Origin: Chrysomallon squamiferum
Taxonomy: Eukaryota > Animalia > Mollusca
Length of the DNA stretch: 64,000 nucleotides
Assembly (NCBI GenBank): GCA_012295275.1
Contig: CM022665.1
Span: forward strand, 32,364,001 to 32,428,000
Direction of reading: 5' to 3'
Shown: piece after piece, positions 14,178 to 28,905 of the stretch
Layout of the letters: each line of letters starts with the position of its first letter
How positions within the stretch are numbered: position 1 is the stretch's first letter
Translations under genes and position numbers: made by a program
The notes under the pieces: model-generated
Told to the model about the DNA's origin: nothing
Database searches by the model: none
The model's input: only the letters and a program-made list of their open reading frames with translations

Positions 14178-15137
14178 TAATTAATTAATGTTAAAAAAAC
14201 ATAATTAAGCAACATATCTTATTAGTCTTATTTTGCTGGAAGAGTTATTAAGCACTTAGTATCATTACAAAAAACATCGGAAGATTTCGCCAGATTTCGG
14301 AATGGCTACGAAATTTTCCGAAGTCAGTTTCAGTTTAACCTTCACTCAGATGGAATAATACTCACTGGCTGTACTTTTCAGTAATTCCCCCGTTACCTCA
14401 GCAAGAAATATTTAATAAGCACACCTAAAACAATGCGCACTGTACTAAAAAGCCACTATCACAATACGTCATAAAATTCATTTATAGACGTCGTCCGTCA
14501 CCGACATGGCGTGTGGTTCGTTTCCTTTCGACTTGGTGGCTTGTGTGGTATTGGATCTTTAAGTGCTTTACATAAAATAAAGTATCATCTCTTCTATTCC
14601 GACTACCATAAAGTTCTAAAAACAGTGTCGTAGCAAACAATCCTTGGTAAATATGTGTAATTGTACTGATAAATGCCGTTATATGTCGACACGTTATTGT
14701 TCTCTCGTCATCCAATAAACTTCATAATTCACTCTTAACGTAAATGTAGTTATTCGGATTTAGTTGAAGTTGAGATTGGTATGAAGGATTCTATTTTTAT
14801 GTTTTATAGTTAAGTATTTTTTAAGCTGAAATAGACACACAGACAATTCCAGTGGTTAAATAGAGAGAAAGAAAGTTAGACAGACATCCAGACATGTAGC
14901 AGGACAGAAAGACAGACAGACAGACAGATATACTGATAGACAGACAGACAGATGGACAGACAGGCAAAGAGACAGAGACAGACAGATAAAGAGATAGACA
15001 GATAGATAAATCAAAATTATTAATATATTGCCAAGTAGAAACTGAAAAAGACGTAAGGTTACTTGCTAAAGATGAATATAATTACACATTTTCTCCTTTG
15101 ACCACCAAACCATCAAAATACTCCCGAGCTCATGGTC

Positions 15138-15150
15138 AGGTCAAAGGTCA
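15138..15150 (+). promoter_or_regulatory. Perfect DR1 nuclear-receptor element, with an extra overlapping half-site upstream
   Basis: TGGTC AGGTCA A AGGTCA. Confidence 0.4.
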
Positions 15151-16221
15151 ATTCTGAATTTGCAGAGTTTAGTCAAAACACATTCCACAAGCCATGTGTG
15201 TAAATAATGAAATGCGCACATCATTTATTCTCTATGAATCGCAAATTTGTTAATGAATTTTTACATTCCACTAGAAAGGCGCATCTTACAATGAACTGAA
15301 GGAAGTGATATCCTGAGAATGACCTTCAACTCTTTAAAACATTTAATACCTACTCAAGTGTGGGAACTATATACATGTATTTGTTATGTACATTTGACAA
15401 GGAGTCTAAAGGTGGCGGGAAATTGTACAGTGAACTTGGATGGATCTGTGTACATTTTTCGTTTTTGTGTGTCAGTGTCCATGTACATGCGTGCGTGTCT
15501 ACCCTTCTGCAGAAAACTTTCTAATAAATATTTAGAAAAAAAAGAAAATGTAATCAATTAAGTTTTGCCTGTAACAGGATGAACAAATAGTCTAAATACA
15601 TCTTCTATTCTTACAACTATCAGTATTGCTTTATTGCTATTTACTGACCAATCTTGTCTAAAAATGATGTAATTATTGGCCTAATTGATTAAATAACAAG
15701 TATTATTACATATTATTACATTTTACATAAAGAAAGAAATGTCACTTCCTCCTATATTACTTTTATTACCATAATATTGATATAATTCACTATTTCGAAT
15801 CCAAAGAAAAATAATACAGTAATTAGACGAGTTATTAAAAAACATCAAATTTATTTCGTTTCATTTCATTTAAGCTAAAAAGAAACAATAATTTTAAAAG
15901 ATTCTATAAATATATATAAAAATGCAGTTTTTGTTTCATCTATGCCTTATTAACTTCAAAGGTTTAGTTATAGATATTAATGAGGTTTTAGAAAAATGTA
16001 ATTTTTTCACACCCATTTATTATATTATAATCCAACCAGTGGTTTAAAGCAAACGAGAAATATTTCAAGCGCTAAGTTACTTAAAACAAATTAAATTCAT
16101 TTCAATCAACATATATTGTATATGTAAGCATCTCAGGTTAGAATTATTAATTTTGAACCAAAAACAAATTAATTATATTTTCATTTATAATCCTACCTAA
16201 AATATAGTTCATTAAATTCTT

Positions 16222-16266
<45 letters not shown>

Positions 16267-19200
16267 AATTATACTTATTTATTTTTTATTTTTTTAATAT
16301 TTATTTTATTTTTATTTTTTTCAAGTTTCAGGTGATTGTGAATTTCAAAATAAATTAAATATAAGATGTATATTAGTAAATGTTTTAAGTACTTTAACAC
16401 AAATTATTTTAATTATACAGAAAATACATTTTGTTATCTGTTTGCTACGAATAAAATTTAATGTTTCAAAATATGATAGATAGATAGATATATAGATAGA
16501 TAGTTAGATAGATAGATAGACAGATAGATACACAGAGAGACAGGCAGACAGAGATATAAAAAATTAAAATTAAAATTAAATAATTAAAAAGAACCAAAAT
16601 GTAAAATGTTATGTATCTTTATTGTGAAAGAAGGGTAATTTTTCAAAAGAAAATTATTCATTAGGTTTATATTAACTTATCGTTTTTTTTTTTTTTTTTT
16701 TTTTTTTTATTAAATAATAATAACTAAAAAACATGTCTATATTCACTTTTATTTTATCTTAGCCTAAAAATAATTATTTATTTATTTATTTATTTATCAA
16801 TATTTTACTCTACTTTTCTTATTAATAATGTGTTTTTTAGTTCATTAATTTTTGTATGTGAGAAAGAGTGCGTAATTAGTGTGTGTGTGTGTGTGTGGAT
16901 AAAATGTTTAAATATTTAATTAAATTTCTTTTCTTTTTTTAATGTTCATGCAATTTATTTTAATGTGTTTGATATTTTATTTTTTGATTTACATCTTAAA
17001 TATTAATTTTCCGCTTTGTTTGATTTTTATTTACATCTCTTTTTTTAAAAAATTAATGGATTTATTTATTTTTATTTATTTTATTTTATTTTATTGCGAT
17101 TCGTTTTATTTATTTATTTATTTATTATTATTATTTTAATTTCTTTACAGTTCAAAACTTAATGAGTAAGTACAAATATAGCTGACATTAAAACACAGTA
17201 TTTTTAAGTATACCTTTGCTTCGCTCACATGAACGAAACTGGTTCTTTGAACTCTTTAGGTCACTTCCACTATGTATATCCCATTCTGAACGAAGCCTGA
17301 TAAATAGTTTATCAAAGGCTGAGTATGATATGTGCTTCGCAGTCTGTGTGAAGTTTTTTTTAGAAGAGCCAGTACTGTGGAGCTGCGGGGTTCTTCTCTT
17401 ATATCTTTATGCATGAATTTTCTTTTTCTTTTTTATCTTCTTTTTTTTTAAGTAATAAAATAAAATAAAGAAAAGAATAACTGCATGTTTCCATAGTTTG
17501 TATATATATATATATAGTTATGTACATTTTTAACCATATAAATTGATTACTTAATGAATGAAGAAATAATGAATTCTATGTACAAGTCTGTTCAATAAAC
17601 ATAACATAATATTTGTTTTCGTATCACAACATCTTAGTCCATGATGAGTAAGTAGCTGGTCCCAATAAAATTGTACTTCGTTTGTAAACAACACTGACCG
17701 AGATCTGTGACCCAATTTCTCATGTTTATTTCATATGTTCTAGTTAGAAAGTGGCCACCACCGAATATTATTGGATGTTTTATGTACCAGCGCGTAATGA
17801 AGAGTAACACTACTGTTACATTCACGTCTCGTGTAGGCGATGGTCATTTGTTTGTCGACGTTGTCGATATGCTGAATACGTCAGTGATCACTTGACTCGG
17901 TGACTACGCACGATGATGTAGTATATCATTACGCACTTTATTTTATTTTTATTATTAACATTATCATATTTATTTATTTATTTTATTTATTAATTTCTTC
18001 TTCTTCTTCTTCTTCTTTTTTTGTGTGGATCTTATCTATTGTTTACAGATTGACATTAAAAAAATTCATTAAATAAAGAATAAATGAAAGAAAGAAAGAA
18101 AAAAAGAAAAGAATAAGAACAAGAAAATATACATTTCAGTTTCCTATCACCTTTCTCACTATAATGCAAATTAATTTTCAAAATAATAATAATAAAAATA
18201 ATAATAATAACAGTAATAATAATAATAATAATAGTAATAATAGTAATAATAGTAATAATAGTAATAATAATAAGTAAGAATGATCGGGAAGAAGTCGGGA
18301 TATATTTTTCCATATTACATACCTAGTAACGGCTTTCTTTTACTGTTTTATCTCGTTTTTTTGTTTGTTTGTTTGTTTGTTTATTTGTTTTAGTTTTTTT
18401 TTTACTGATAATTAAAAAATATTCGTATTTATTTCTGTAAGACATAACAGAATATTCTATCTGTTTTTACAGAATCATGAATAAACATGTCATAAATGTA
18501 TAGTGTTTATATAAATGTTGAATCACTCTTATACAATTCATGTAAAATTGCATTATTGTTTCTTAAGTTTTTAACGTTAATTAATTTATTTATTACAGAT
18601 TTGAATTTGTTCTCATTGCAAAATATACTAAAAAAAAAAAAAAAAAGTTAATGTGATTTACATTGTTAAAAATACTAAAAAGAGATTTAAAAATTAATAA
18701 TTCTTTCTTATTATTATAACAGTCTGTTTCTCTGTCACATAAAATGGCTACTTGGGGTTTAAACCCCGAAAAATTATCCAGACTGCTTAATTATATTTGC
18801 GATTTCAGTGAAGTGATTGCTCGTATATTAGGAAGCAAGTGAAGATAATGAAAAGTGGGCTGGCTTGTCAGTCATAGTTATTTCTAGACCTTTTCGTTTC
18901 GTTTCTAATGGAAACCAGAATAGAACTGGGACCGGGATGTTTAAGACTGGAATCTTTTAAAATATATAAAAGGCAACATCTGACTAAATATTTCGAATGT
19001 GATATATATATATATATATAGGTATACAGACAGACAGACATACACACACACGAACTCAGACACATACATACACAGACAGAGACAGAATGACACACACACA
19101 CTCACACATACATGGATATTTGGCAGTGAATCAAGAAAGGTCATTATGAAAAGTTTTACAGACAACATTTTCATTCCAGACCTTTACAGGAATAAATTAT

Positions 19201-19618
19201 AAAATATTCGAAAGAAAATGGTTGGGAGGAGGCAATCCTAAAGAATACTGTAACTTCCAATCGCAAAATTATTTTTATTAAAGGGCGGATCCTGTTCTGT
19301 TTTTTTTCGGCATTTTGCTTCTTTATTCTTTTTACTGAGTGTTTGTTTGTTGTTCTGTTTCGCAAGTATTCTAGTGTTGACGTAACATCAAAGCATATGC
19401 AAGAATTCTCAACATAATTATGGCATCTGTGGAAATAAACTATGGTATATCTAAGCTCAGACATCGCCTCCTGGAACAGATAAACAAAATACAATAGAAC
19501 AGAAGTGATTTGCCTGCTTTAATGATTGTAGCAGTTTGATGGTCCGATTAATTAATAACTTGAATACGAAAATCAAGGATAACTACTGTCCATTCTGCAG
19601 TATCTACCATTAATATGT

Positions 19619-19699
<81 letters not shown>

Positions 19700-20247
19700 G
19701 CATTCAGAGAGTGAATGTAAAAAAGAGAATAAATAAATCATGGAGAGAAAAGATAGAATGAGATAACTGGAGAAGAAACTATAGAATGAGTGACAGAGAG
19801 AAACAAAGAAAGACATATATTTAAGCTTGATGAACTTCCTCTGACTAGTGACCGTTTCTTTCTTTCTTTTTTTGTTGTATTGTTGTTTCCGGTAGGGTTT
19901 TGTTGTTTTTTGGGGGTGGGGGTGGGTGGGGGTTGGGTTTTTCCATTGGCTTTCATTATCACTGTATACAAAATCGACACATATATCATTAAGGAAATAA
20001 AACAGTTTAGATGCTTCAGTGCACAATTATATCCCACTCACATTAGGCTGGTGTTTTAAAACGCATATCGACCAACACTTACGATAAAATAAAATAAATA
20101 TTCGATCAGCTATATGTTTAGATAATCGAATTTTCATAGTATAGCGATCATTTGGAAAAGAAAGAAAGAAAGAAAGAAAGAATGAAAAGAAAAGAAGAAG
20201 AAAATAAAGAAAAGAAAACGCATCTGAATGGCCACAATATTATATTG

Positions 20248-20342
<95 letters not shown>

Positions 20343-22120
20343 TGCATAAACAGGTCACAGTATATAATTTATTAAGGATACTGAAGTTTATTCAAAAGAA
20401 AAACGAAATTTTGAGACTTCCTGCTTCAAACAGGTACAGAAATATGTGCGTCACGGAAATTATTGTTTTTATTTTTATTTTATTTTCATTTCTTTGTTGT
20501 GTTTTTTCCATTCTTTTTAAATTTATTTATTTATTTATTATTCTGTATCTATGTTTGTGTGTTTATTTATTTATTTGGACTTCTAATCTCGGAAATGCAG
20601 TTCACAGATTTTTTCTTGAAAAACTGTTTTATTTTCTAATAGTAAATATTTAAATGCCATGCATTATAATTCGTTTAAAAGAATTAATAAATTAAAATAA
20701 AAAATAAATAAATAAAATGGAATTAATTTATATCGTTCTTTTCGTACAGTCAGATATAATAATATTTTAAATGTATCCATAACTTTTTTTTCTTCTAATA
20801 ATGAATATTTACATACGTAATTCTTTACTATCAACGTTTTAAAAAAGTAAAAAAATTATAATGTATTTAATTAATTAAATTCATATGATCTGAATATTTT
20901 TCTTTCTTTCTTTTATGCGACACGGCTTTGACAAAAAAAAAAAAAATATAATGATAATGACGATGATCATGATGATGGTAACCATATTAAACCTTTCCAC
21001 AAAAACTGTATTTGCATAACTGAATAATAAACTAAACTACATTAGAAATGAACCTTTTTCCAGTCTAAACTGTAATACTTAATTATAATTCGCAGTTACT
21101 AATTACCTTGGCTAATATCATTATGTATTTATTATTTTACAATGAGAAAACTAATTAATAGTATATAATTAATAATACTGAACCTGAGATTATAACACCA
21201 ACTCGCAAACTGAATAATAAACATTCCGTCTAAAGATTATCACTATTAGAATTAATAAGGGATTATCAATAAGGGGCAGCTCAGGGAATGTAATGGACGA
21301 GGGTTTCGAAACGAAATATTTATTAAAAAAATATCTATGCTATTAGACAGCATTATATAAATTGTTACAATGTTTAATATAAAATAGCTGTACACCTTTC
21401 AAAGCACGCATAACATGAACTAAAACAGCAAATGAAACATGATACTATGAACAGTATAAATGAAAATTACATTTAGGATTATGACAGCTATGTCTGCATC
21501 TTTCTGTTGTCAATAATAATTATTTGAATCTAAAGAAATTAGTTATTTACAGCGTCTAAACAACCTATTTGGTCCACGATTATAATCTGCCCACCGAAAA
21601 GATGGGGACGAACGCTAAGACACTTTTTAACGGTATAAAGAGGGGGGGGTGGGGTGTCTTTAGATCTCTCTGGATTCGCCCTTGATTTTTAGCGCTAGAC
21701 AAGAAAGTGATGTATGTAACCGGCAGTGACCAGAATACACCGATTTGCATATCGACTGGTCATCTAATTGTGTGTGTATCTGCTCGGACATGTGCACGGC
21801 AGCGACCACCAAGAGTAGTTTGATTATTAAAGACATTCTAGCGGTCAGAGATACTTAGATACAATCCTGCTTTTGTACTTTCCCGGATATAGCAACAATG
21901 GTCAAGTGTCCGAACATCTGCCCAAGCAAAGAAGGAAAATGTGCGTTTCTATTCTTTATTGTTTCTGTATATTTATTTATTTATTTATTTATTTATTAAA
22001 TTTTATATATTTTTTCGTTATAATAAATAATATATTAAAAGAAAAAATTAATCACAGAATAAAATTATATATATATATATATTTTTTTGTCAATATATTT
22101 TTAATTTTTGCTACTACTAG

Positions 22121-22169
<49 letters not shown>

Positions 22170-22556
22170 GCTACTGCTACTACTAATAATAATAATATTA
22201 ATAAGAAGAAGAAGAAGAAGAAGAAGAACCTTTATATAATTTATTTTTTAATTTTTTTAACGTAATATATTATAATAATTATTTTTCTTTGTTATACTCA
22301 GTATATTGGAAAATTATTACTTTAAGAAAAAAAATAATTGTGGTCAGTAAAACTATTGCTGAATATCTGCAAAATTAAAACACAGTCTTCCTTCTTACTT
22401 TTAATAAATAAAAAATAGAAAAAAAAAAATAAGTACCGAAAAGTAATAATAATTAAATTTAATTTGAAACAATACAAAAACAACAAAAACATCTTTAAAA
22501 AAAAAAAATTAAGCATTAATGTGAATACATTAACAATTAACAAATGGCATATTTAC

Positions 22557-22566
22557 CATACTCCAT
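22557..22566 (-). CDS. Candidate alternative first coding exon (MEY, phase 1)
   Basis: The minus strand reads ATG GAG TAT G|GTAAAT at the edge of a GC-rich island (22560-22790). A promoter-like region with CACGTG (23028-23033) lies upstream. Confidence 0.35.
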
Positions 22567-23576
22567 ATTGGTATGCGTTCTCTCTTGGAGGTAAAACGCC
22601 TCCGTGATGTAATGCTCCGATAGGTAAAATCCACGCAAAACAGTATCATACAAAACTCCAAGATGGTGGAGGTCGGTGCAGCGTGGAGCACTCCCAGCGA
22701 ACAGGGCAGAACACGCGATAGGCTCCTTATGACCTCATACTCCAGTAATAATTAAGAGTGGTTTGAAGAACGCCGTCAAATATGTCAGTGGTTTAAACGT
22801 GTAAAAATTAATATTAATAATAATATGTAAAAAAACGAATGAGAGGTATATATTTTTATGTTGAAAACTGCATCCAGCAATAATATTAAATTCTGGAGTA
22901 AAGAGAATTATCCAATGTTTTAAAAAAAAAAAAATCTTTTTTTCTTTTTTTACATTTTTTTTACAATACAATTAGCCACATGAATAATTTATATGAGCGT
23001 CTGATATCTGTGCGCTTTCCGTTTAATCACGTGGCTCACACATGCTCCGCCTATCGTGTTGTTGGAAACGAGCAAAAACAGCTGACGATTGTAATTCTTG
23101 CAGGTAAAATGTCTATTTAAGAGAGTTTGAATAACGATTGACGATATTTGATATAATATAGCACGTTTTAGCCTGACGTATGTGTTGTGCATGGCGAAAC
23201 TGCGGCAGTATCGATCTGGGTCCGAAATACATAAATCAGTGTCCGGCTGGTCACGCGTTCACGTAAAATGTCAGAAAAAACAATCTCCAGTGGGGGGGGG
23301 AAATCGCAATAATTATTTTTGTCTTCTCTTTGAAAGAAAGGATTTTTGCGAATTTGTCACATACACATATTCTGAAATTATTTACAATGGAGTTTAATTA
23401 ATCTACATTTTGGTGGCACTTAAAAAGATAAATTATTCCAGTAATCCGTGAGAATGCTCATTGCAGTTGCTGTTGCTACTGCTACTGCTGTTCTTATTTA
23501 TCTTGTTGTTTTATATTTTTGTATTTAAATTTTTATATTTATGAGTGAACAAATTTGTGTATGTGTATATGACAGA

Positions 23577-23644
<68 letters not shown>

Positions 23645-24791
23645 TTAATGAATATATTTAAGAATATATTTTGATTTTATTAACTGTCGTTATCTACTCA
23701 GTTATTTTCTAATTACTTTATTTTTATTTAATCATTTATTTAAATTTTAAAATATTTCTCAAAATGCACGTATTATCAAAGATCTGCGACTCGCGCCAAC
23801 TCGGATAACAGTCAGGTCATGAAGCTTTCATCGTAAAAACACCTGATTTTGAAACTCTATCTCCAATACGTTGTTGTTCCGACAACGTGGTTGATTCCCA
23901 CGATAAGAACTCTTCACAACAAATCACCAACGAAATTTCACCACTGGTAGAATAGTTCTTCATCTTCACCTTCTCCATTCCTGTATTCACTTACTTTCAT
24001 TTTGGTAAGTTTCCAACAAGTCCAAGAAAAAGTTCGCTGAAGAGATGGGGTAAGAGATTACTATGTGTTGGGTTGTTGCAATAAATTTTCTTTATCTGGA
24101 TCCACTATTGCATGGACACATTTCACTGATATTCGTTATCTTTCATTTTATAGATAGCCTTGGTTGATTGAGTTTTCTTTTCTGTCTTTGATTCTTTTTT
24201 TCTTTAATTTTCTTTACAGATGCAAATTATTTTTTTGTTTAGTTCCGATTATTTGTTTTTTGTTTGCTGTCTTTCTTATTTTTAAAATTATTTTTTTCTC
24301 TCTTCATTTTCATAAATCAATGTATAAAAGTGTGCATATTCTTTATTAGTATATATATTTTTTCAAGAATATATATATATATATAAATTATCTTATAAAT
24401 CTCTTTGTAGGATATGATTTTTAATCTCAGTTTTATGCTTCAGCTTAATAACAGTTATCAATAATTATATTTTTCATAACAGACACTGATTTGAGGGCTT
24501 CAAGAAAATCTCTCGTCATGACAATAAATTTCACGAAAGGTAACTTAAAGAACAGAGAAAAAATATTAGAGGGAAACAAAGATAAAGAAAAAAATATATA
24601 CATATTTAGCATTATAATATAATCGTACCACACACTGCATTTTCTAAATCGACTTGAGAACATTTTTTATTATTTAAATAGCCCATTTGAAAATAATTTA
24701 GAAATGTCAAATCGTTGATGCTATTTAATTCAATTAAATATTATTGCTATTATTACCAAATTACACACAAAGAGAAAAAAAAAAATCTTAC

Positions 24792-24807
24792 CTTGGTAGC
24801 TTTGCAT
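24792..24807 (-). CDS. Candidate alternative first coding exon (MQSYQ, phase 1)
   Basis: The minus strand reads ATG CAA AGC TAC CAA G|GTAAGA, a near-consensus donor, just downstream of a motif-rich promoter-like island (24900-25200). Confidence 0.45.
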
Positions 24808-25249
24808 AGTATAAAAATCCAAACCTTCCACTGCAAAATATTCCACCGAAACACAAAAACTACAACTGTTGTTCTAATTAGACAACTGTGTTCAAAGAAA
24901 GGGTCATAAGGTCGTCTACTCACAGGTCACTGGCATTCTGCCAAGTTTGCCGCTCTTCTATTACGTAATAATTGCCTATTATGTCATAGTTTGAGATAGA
25001 ACATGACCGGCAACTCAGTAAAAATACATCGTTACTGATTACTTTTGTGTTACCAGTCGTGGTCAGTAGATACGTCGTTACAGGAGGCTATTGATAAATC
25101 TATTTTGAGGCCGGAGTTTGTAACCCACTGACCGGGTCACTCGGAAAATCAAACAAAAGCCCGAGTCTGAGAATGGACAGTGTTGTCTGGTTGAGTTAAA
25201 AGTGCAGACTGATTTCAATAGCGAAATGGAAAGCACGAACCCAAGATGT

Positions 25250-25281
<32 letters not shown>

Positions 25282-25483
25282 GTTATTATTATTATATAAT
25301 TTTTTATTTTTTGTTTTGCAGTTTGGAAAACGAGTACAAATGTATCATTTGATGCGTAAGCGTCTACAAAAGTCACCAAAGATAACAATGACATTAATAA
25401 TAATAATAATAATAAATTGTTTACTACTGTTACTACTACTACTACTACTACTACTACAAATAATAATAGTAATAATAATTATA

Positions 25484-25525
<42 letters not shown>

Positions 25526-26319
25526 AAAAAATAAACAATAAAACAATTTAACAAACAAATAAAAAAATCTGGAAAAGAATTTAATAAATATTTTTTTCAA
25601 ATACCACAAAATACTTAAAAACATAAAACTGTAGGCTTGACTAAATTAAATGAATAAGTAATTTTCTACACACAAAAGCTCTCCCATTTCAGATTTAAAT
25701 AATCGATTACAGATTTCCATCCTATAATTACAAAGTAGTGTAATTATTTATAGATAAAATAATTTTTCAATATTAGTTGTTGATAATTTGGTTATAATTC
25801 TTATTATTAATTACATCTGTGCGTAAAAATAAGCAAAACAAAATTTACAGTTTGGAAATATTTGTTTAACAGAAAATTATGTGTATGCGTTCATTCTTCT
25901 TTTTTTTCTTTTATTTCTCTGTTTTTCTTTCTTTCTTTCTTTATTTGTTTGTTTGTTTGTTTAATTATTTTATTATAATTCTATTTATATTATTGTTTTT
26001 TTTTTGTTGTTGTTTTCAAAGTTATATTTTTTATTGGTTTTGTTTCGATGTCTTTAAGTAACATTTATGTTTATGTATATATGTGTTTGCTTGTATGCAT
26101 GCTCATGAGTAGATTGAAAAAGACTTTTGCGGTAAAGCATGTGAAAATATCTTGAATAACTTATTTGATATTAAATATTGCAGTAAAAAACCTGTAAAAT
26201 AAATAAAAAAATTTATTATTTAATATTTATTTAGAATATGTGCATTTTAACTTTCCGTCCCTCCTGTCTTTTTTGTATCTCCTGTGGAAACGAGATTTGT
26301 TATTATTGGTGTTCTTCTC

Positions 26320-26378
<59 letters not shown>

Positions 26379-28868
26379 GTTGTTATGGTTATTATTATTA
26401 TGATTATTATTTTATATTTTTTTCTTAAAATAAAAATAAAAATAAAATAAAGTGAAGTAAAGTCAAGTAAAATGAAATGAAATGAAACGAAACGAAATGA
26501 AAAGAAATAAATGAAATGAAATAAAATAAAATGAATAAATCTAATTACTATAAAGTTTTCCCCTTTTTTGTTGTATTATATCAATTTTTACTTTATTTAA
26601 TTTCCCCCTTTCTTTAATATTTAAATTTTTATTTTATTTTAATTAATTAATTAATTAATTAATTTACGTACTGTTGTTATTTGAAAATAATTATTACAAA
26701 ATGTTATTTTAAAATAATTTATTAATGTGCATAACTGCTTAAATTACTATACTTTAAAATTATTTATGAATTTGAAATTATGAAAATACATTTTTTATTA
26801 CCTTCATAGTACTACTGTATTTTTTCCTATTTCGTTCTTATTAATTAAACCTTGTTGGAATGTGACTTAAAATATGAAAAGTATCTATACCACATCCTTT
26901 GAATCCACCCCAAAAAACTAAATAATAGTAATACTAATACTAATAATCAATAAATAAAATAATAAATAAATAAATCATACACATAAATAATGTATAATTT
27001 ATAATGTAAAGTTCAATTTTAAATATTTTGAGTAATTAATTTATTGCATTTCTGGTTATAAATTATTAAAATAAAATATGTGATAAAAAATTAAAAAAAA
27101 GATAACGGATAAATAAGTAAACAAACAAACAAATTAACAAATAAATAAACACTCAAAGAAAGAAAGAAAGAAACAAACTACTTAAATAAATAAACACAGA
27201 ATAAATAATACAATTACAACAAAAAAAAAAAAAAAAACCTACAACCCCCCAAAAAACAAAAATAATAAATAAAATAATTTTTTAATTAGAAAATGATTAA
27301 TTAATTAGAATATAATAAAATAATATATAATATAATAACAATAACAAGAATAAAATAATAATCACGCTTGATTTAATTCTGAAAAAGGCTGCAATTTTTA
27401 GTAGTATTCGGATGAAAATTGAAATAAACCGACATCTGTTCAGTATTGACCAGTGTCCACCTGAGTGTAGTGACATCTGTTTCAGACGGTCGCTGGGCTT
27501 TCATTGGACACAAATTATTGAAATGCAAGTCAGTGCAAAACGAATTATGTCGTAGTGCATGAAGGTCACCTTTCTTTGTTTGACTTGTTTTTAATTTGCG
27601 CTTTATTACTTCATTTTGTGTCTATCCATCTTCATGTCTGTTTGTTCTTATTTTGGGCTGTTAATCACTTGAACCATTTAAAACCGAATTGAAATTTAAT
27701 AACTGAACTATTTTATTTATTTATTTATTTATTTATTTATTATTCATACTGCTGTTATTTGTCAGTAATACGTCTTATGTAAAAGTCTACTGATAAATAA
27801 AAATGAAGTCCAGAACAACCATATTTATTGTAATATGTATAATCAAAAGTATGTAACATTTTACTAAATTTAATAATAAAAGATTAATAGCAACTGTAAA
27901 GTGTTTCCAAAATGTAAACATATGTACAAGATCCTAACACAGAGATAAAAAGAGAAAGTTGGAAAGAAAAAAAAAAAGAAAGGAGAATGTGAGAAAGAAA
28001 AAAGAAACAGAGAGAGAGAAAGTGATTAACAGCACATACAATGTTAAATCAAAATCATCTGTTGTGGAGTAATTAAACACGTCAACTTAACTGGTTAACA
28101 ACAATAACAATTTTAGATAATGAATTCAATATTACTCTTTTCTTTTCTTCTTTCGAACCTAAGAAATATACTGTTGATTATTATTATTATTACTAGTAGT
28201 AGCAATTGCTACGTTTAATTACAAAACATAGTAGTTGTAGTGACAGTAGCAAACGTAATAAGAGTTGCCTAGTAGTTGCAGTAGTAGTAGTAGTGGCAGT
28301 AGTAATAGTAGTAGTAGTACTTTTATAAAATATATATTTTAGCTTTCTGAAGAATACAAACTTACATAAATAAAATGTCACAAATAAATACATAAATTAA
28401 AAACCTATTTTCCTTTCTCTTTTCTTGTTTAAATAAAAGAAGAAGAAGAACGCTAAATAACAACATTTTATAGTAATCAGATGATGCATATGACAAAAAT
28501 AAATATTTAAAAATAAATTTAAATAAATAATTTATAAAGTAATTATCCCATGAATATATATTTTTATTTTTATTATCAGATATTTAAACAATTTATGTTA
28601 AATTATATCTGTTGTTATACGGAAAAAAAAAAAAAAATCATAATTTTTTTTTTTTTTTTTTTTTTAAGACTAGAAAGAAAGAAAAAGAAAAAACAATATA
28701 TTACTGTTACAATTGTATGTACTTGTTTCATTAAGTAATTATTTTAAGATAACAAAGAACTTGTAAAAGGATGCAAAATCATACATTATTATTCGCTGTT
28801 CATATAATGTACACAGTGAAGTTATTCCACTGGCTACAAGCGCGTTGTCTTTTATTACGCTGTCTATT

Positions 28869-28905
<37 letters not shown>

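Noticed and set aside
19281-21684. Inverted 12-mers AAGGGCGGATCC ... GGATTCGCCCTT as TIRs of a 2.4-kb element
   Set aside because: Too short, no target-site duplication identified, and the interior is ordinary microsatellite-rich DNA.
2135-28738. Many 60-140 aa ORFs with poly-L/I/T/V/Y/N, ER/SL or FIYL repeats
   Set aside because: They are translations of microsatellites and AT-rich low-complexity DNA, with no splice context or domain motifs.
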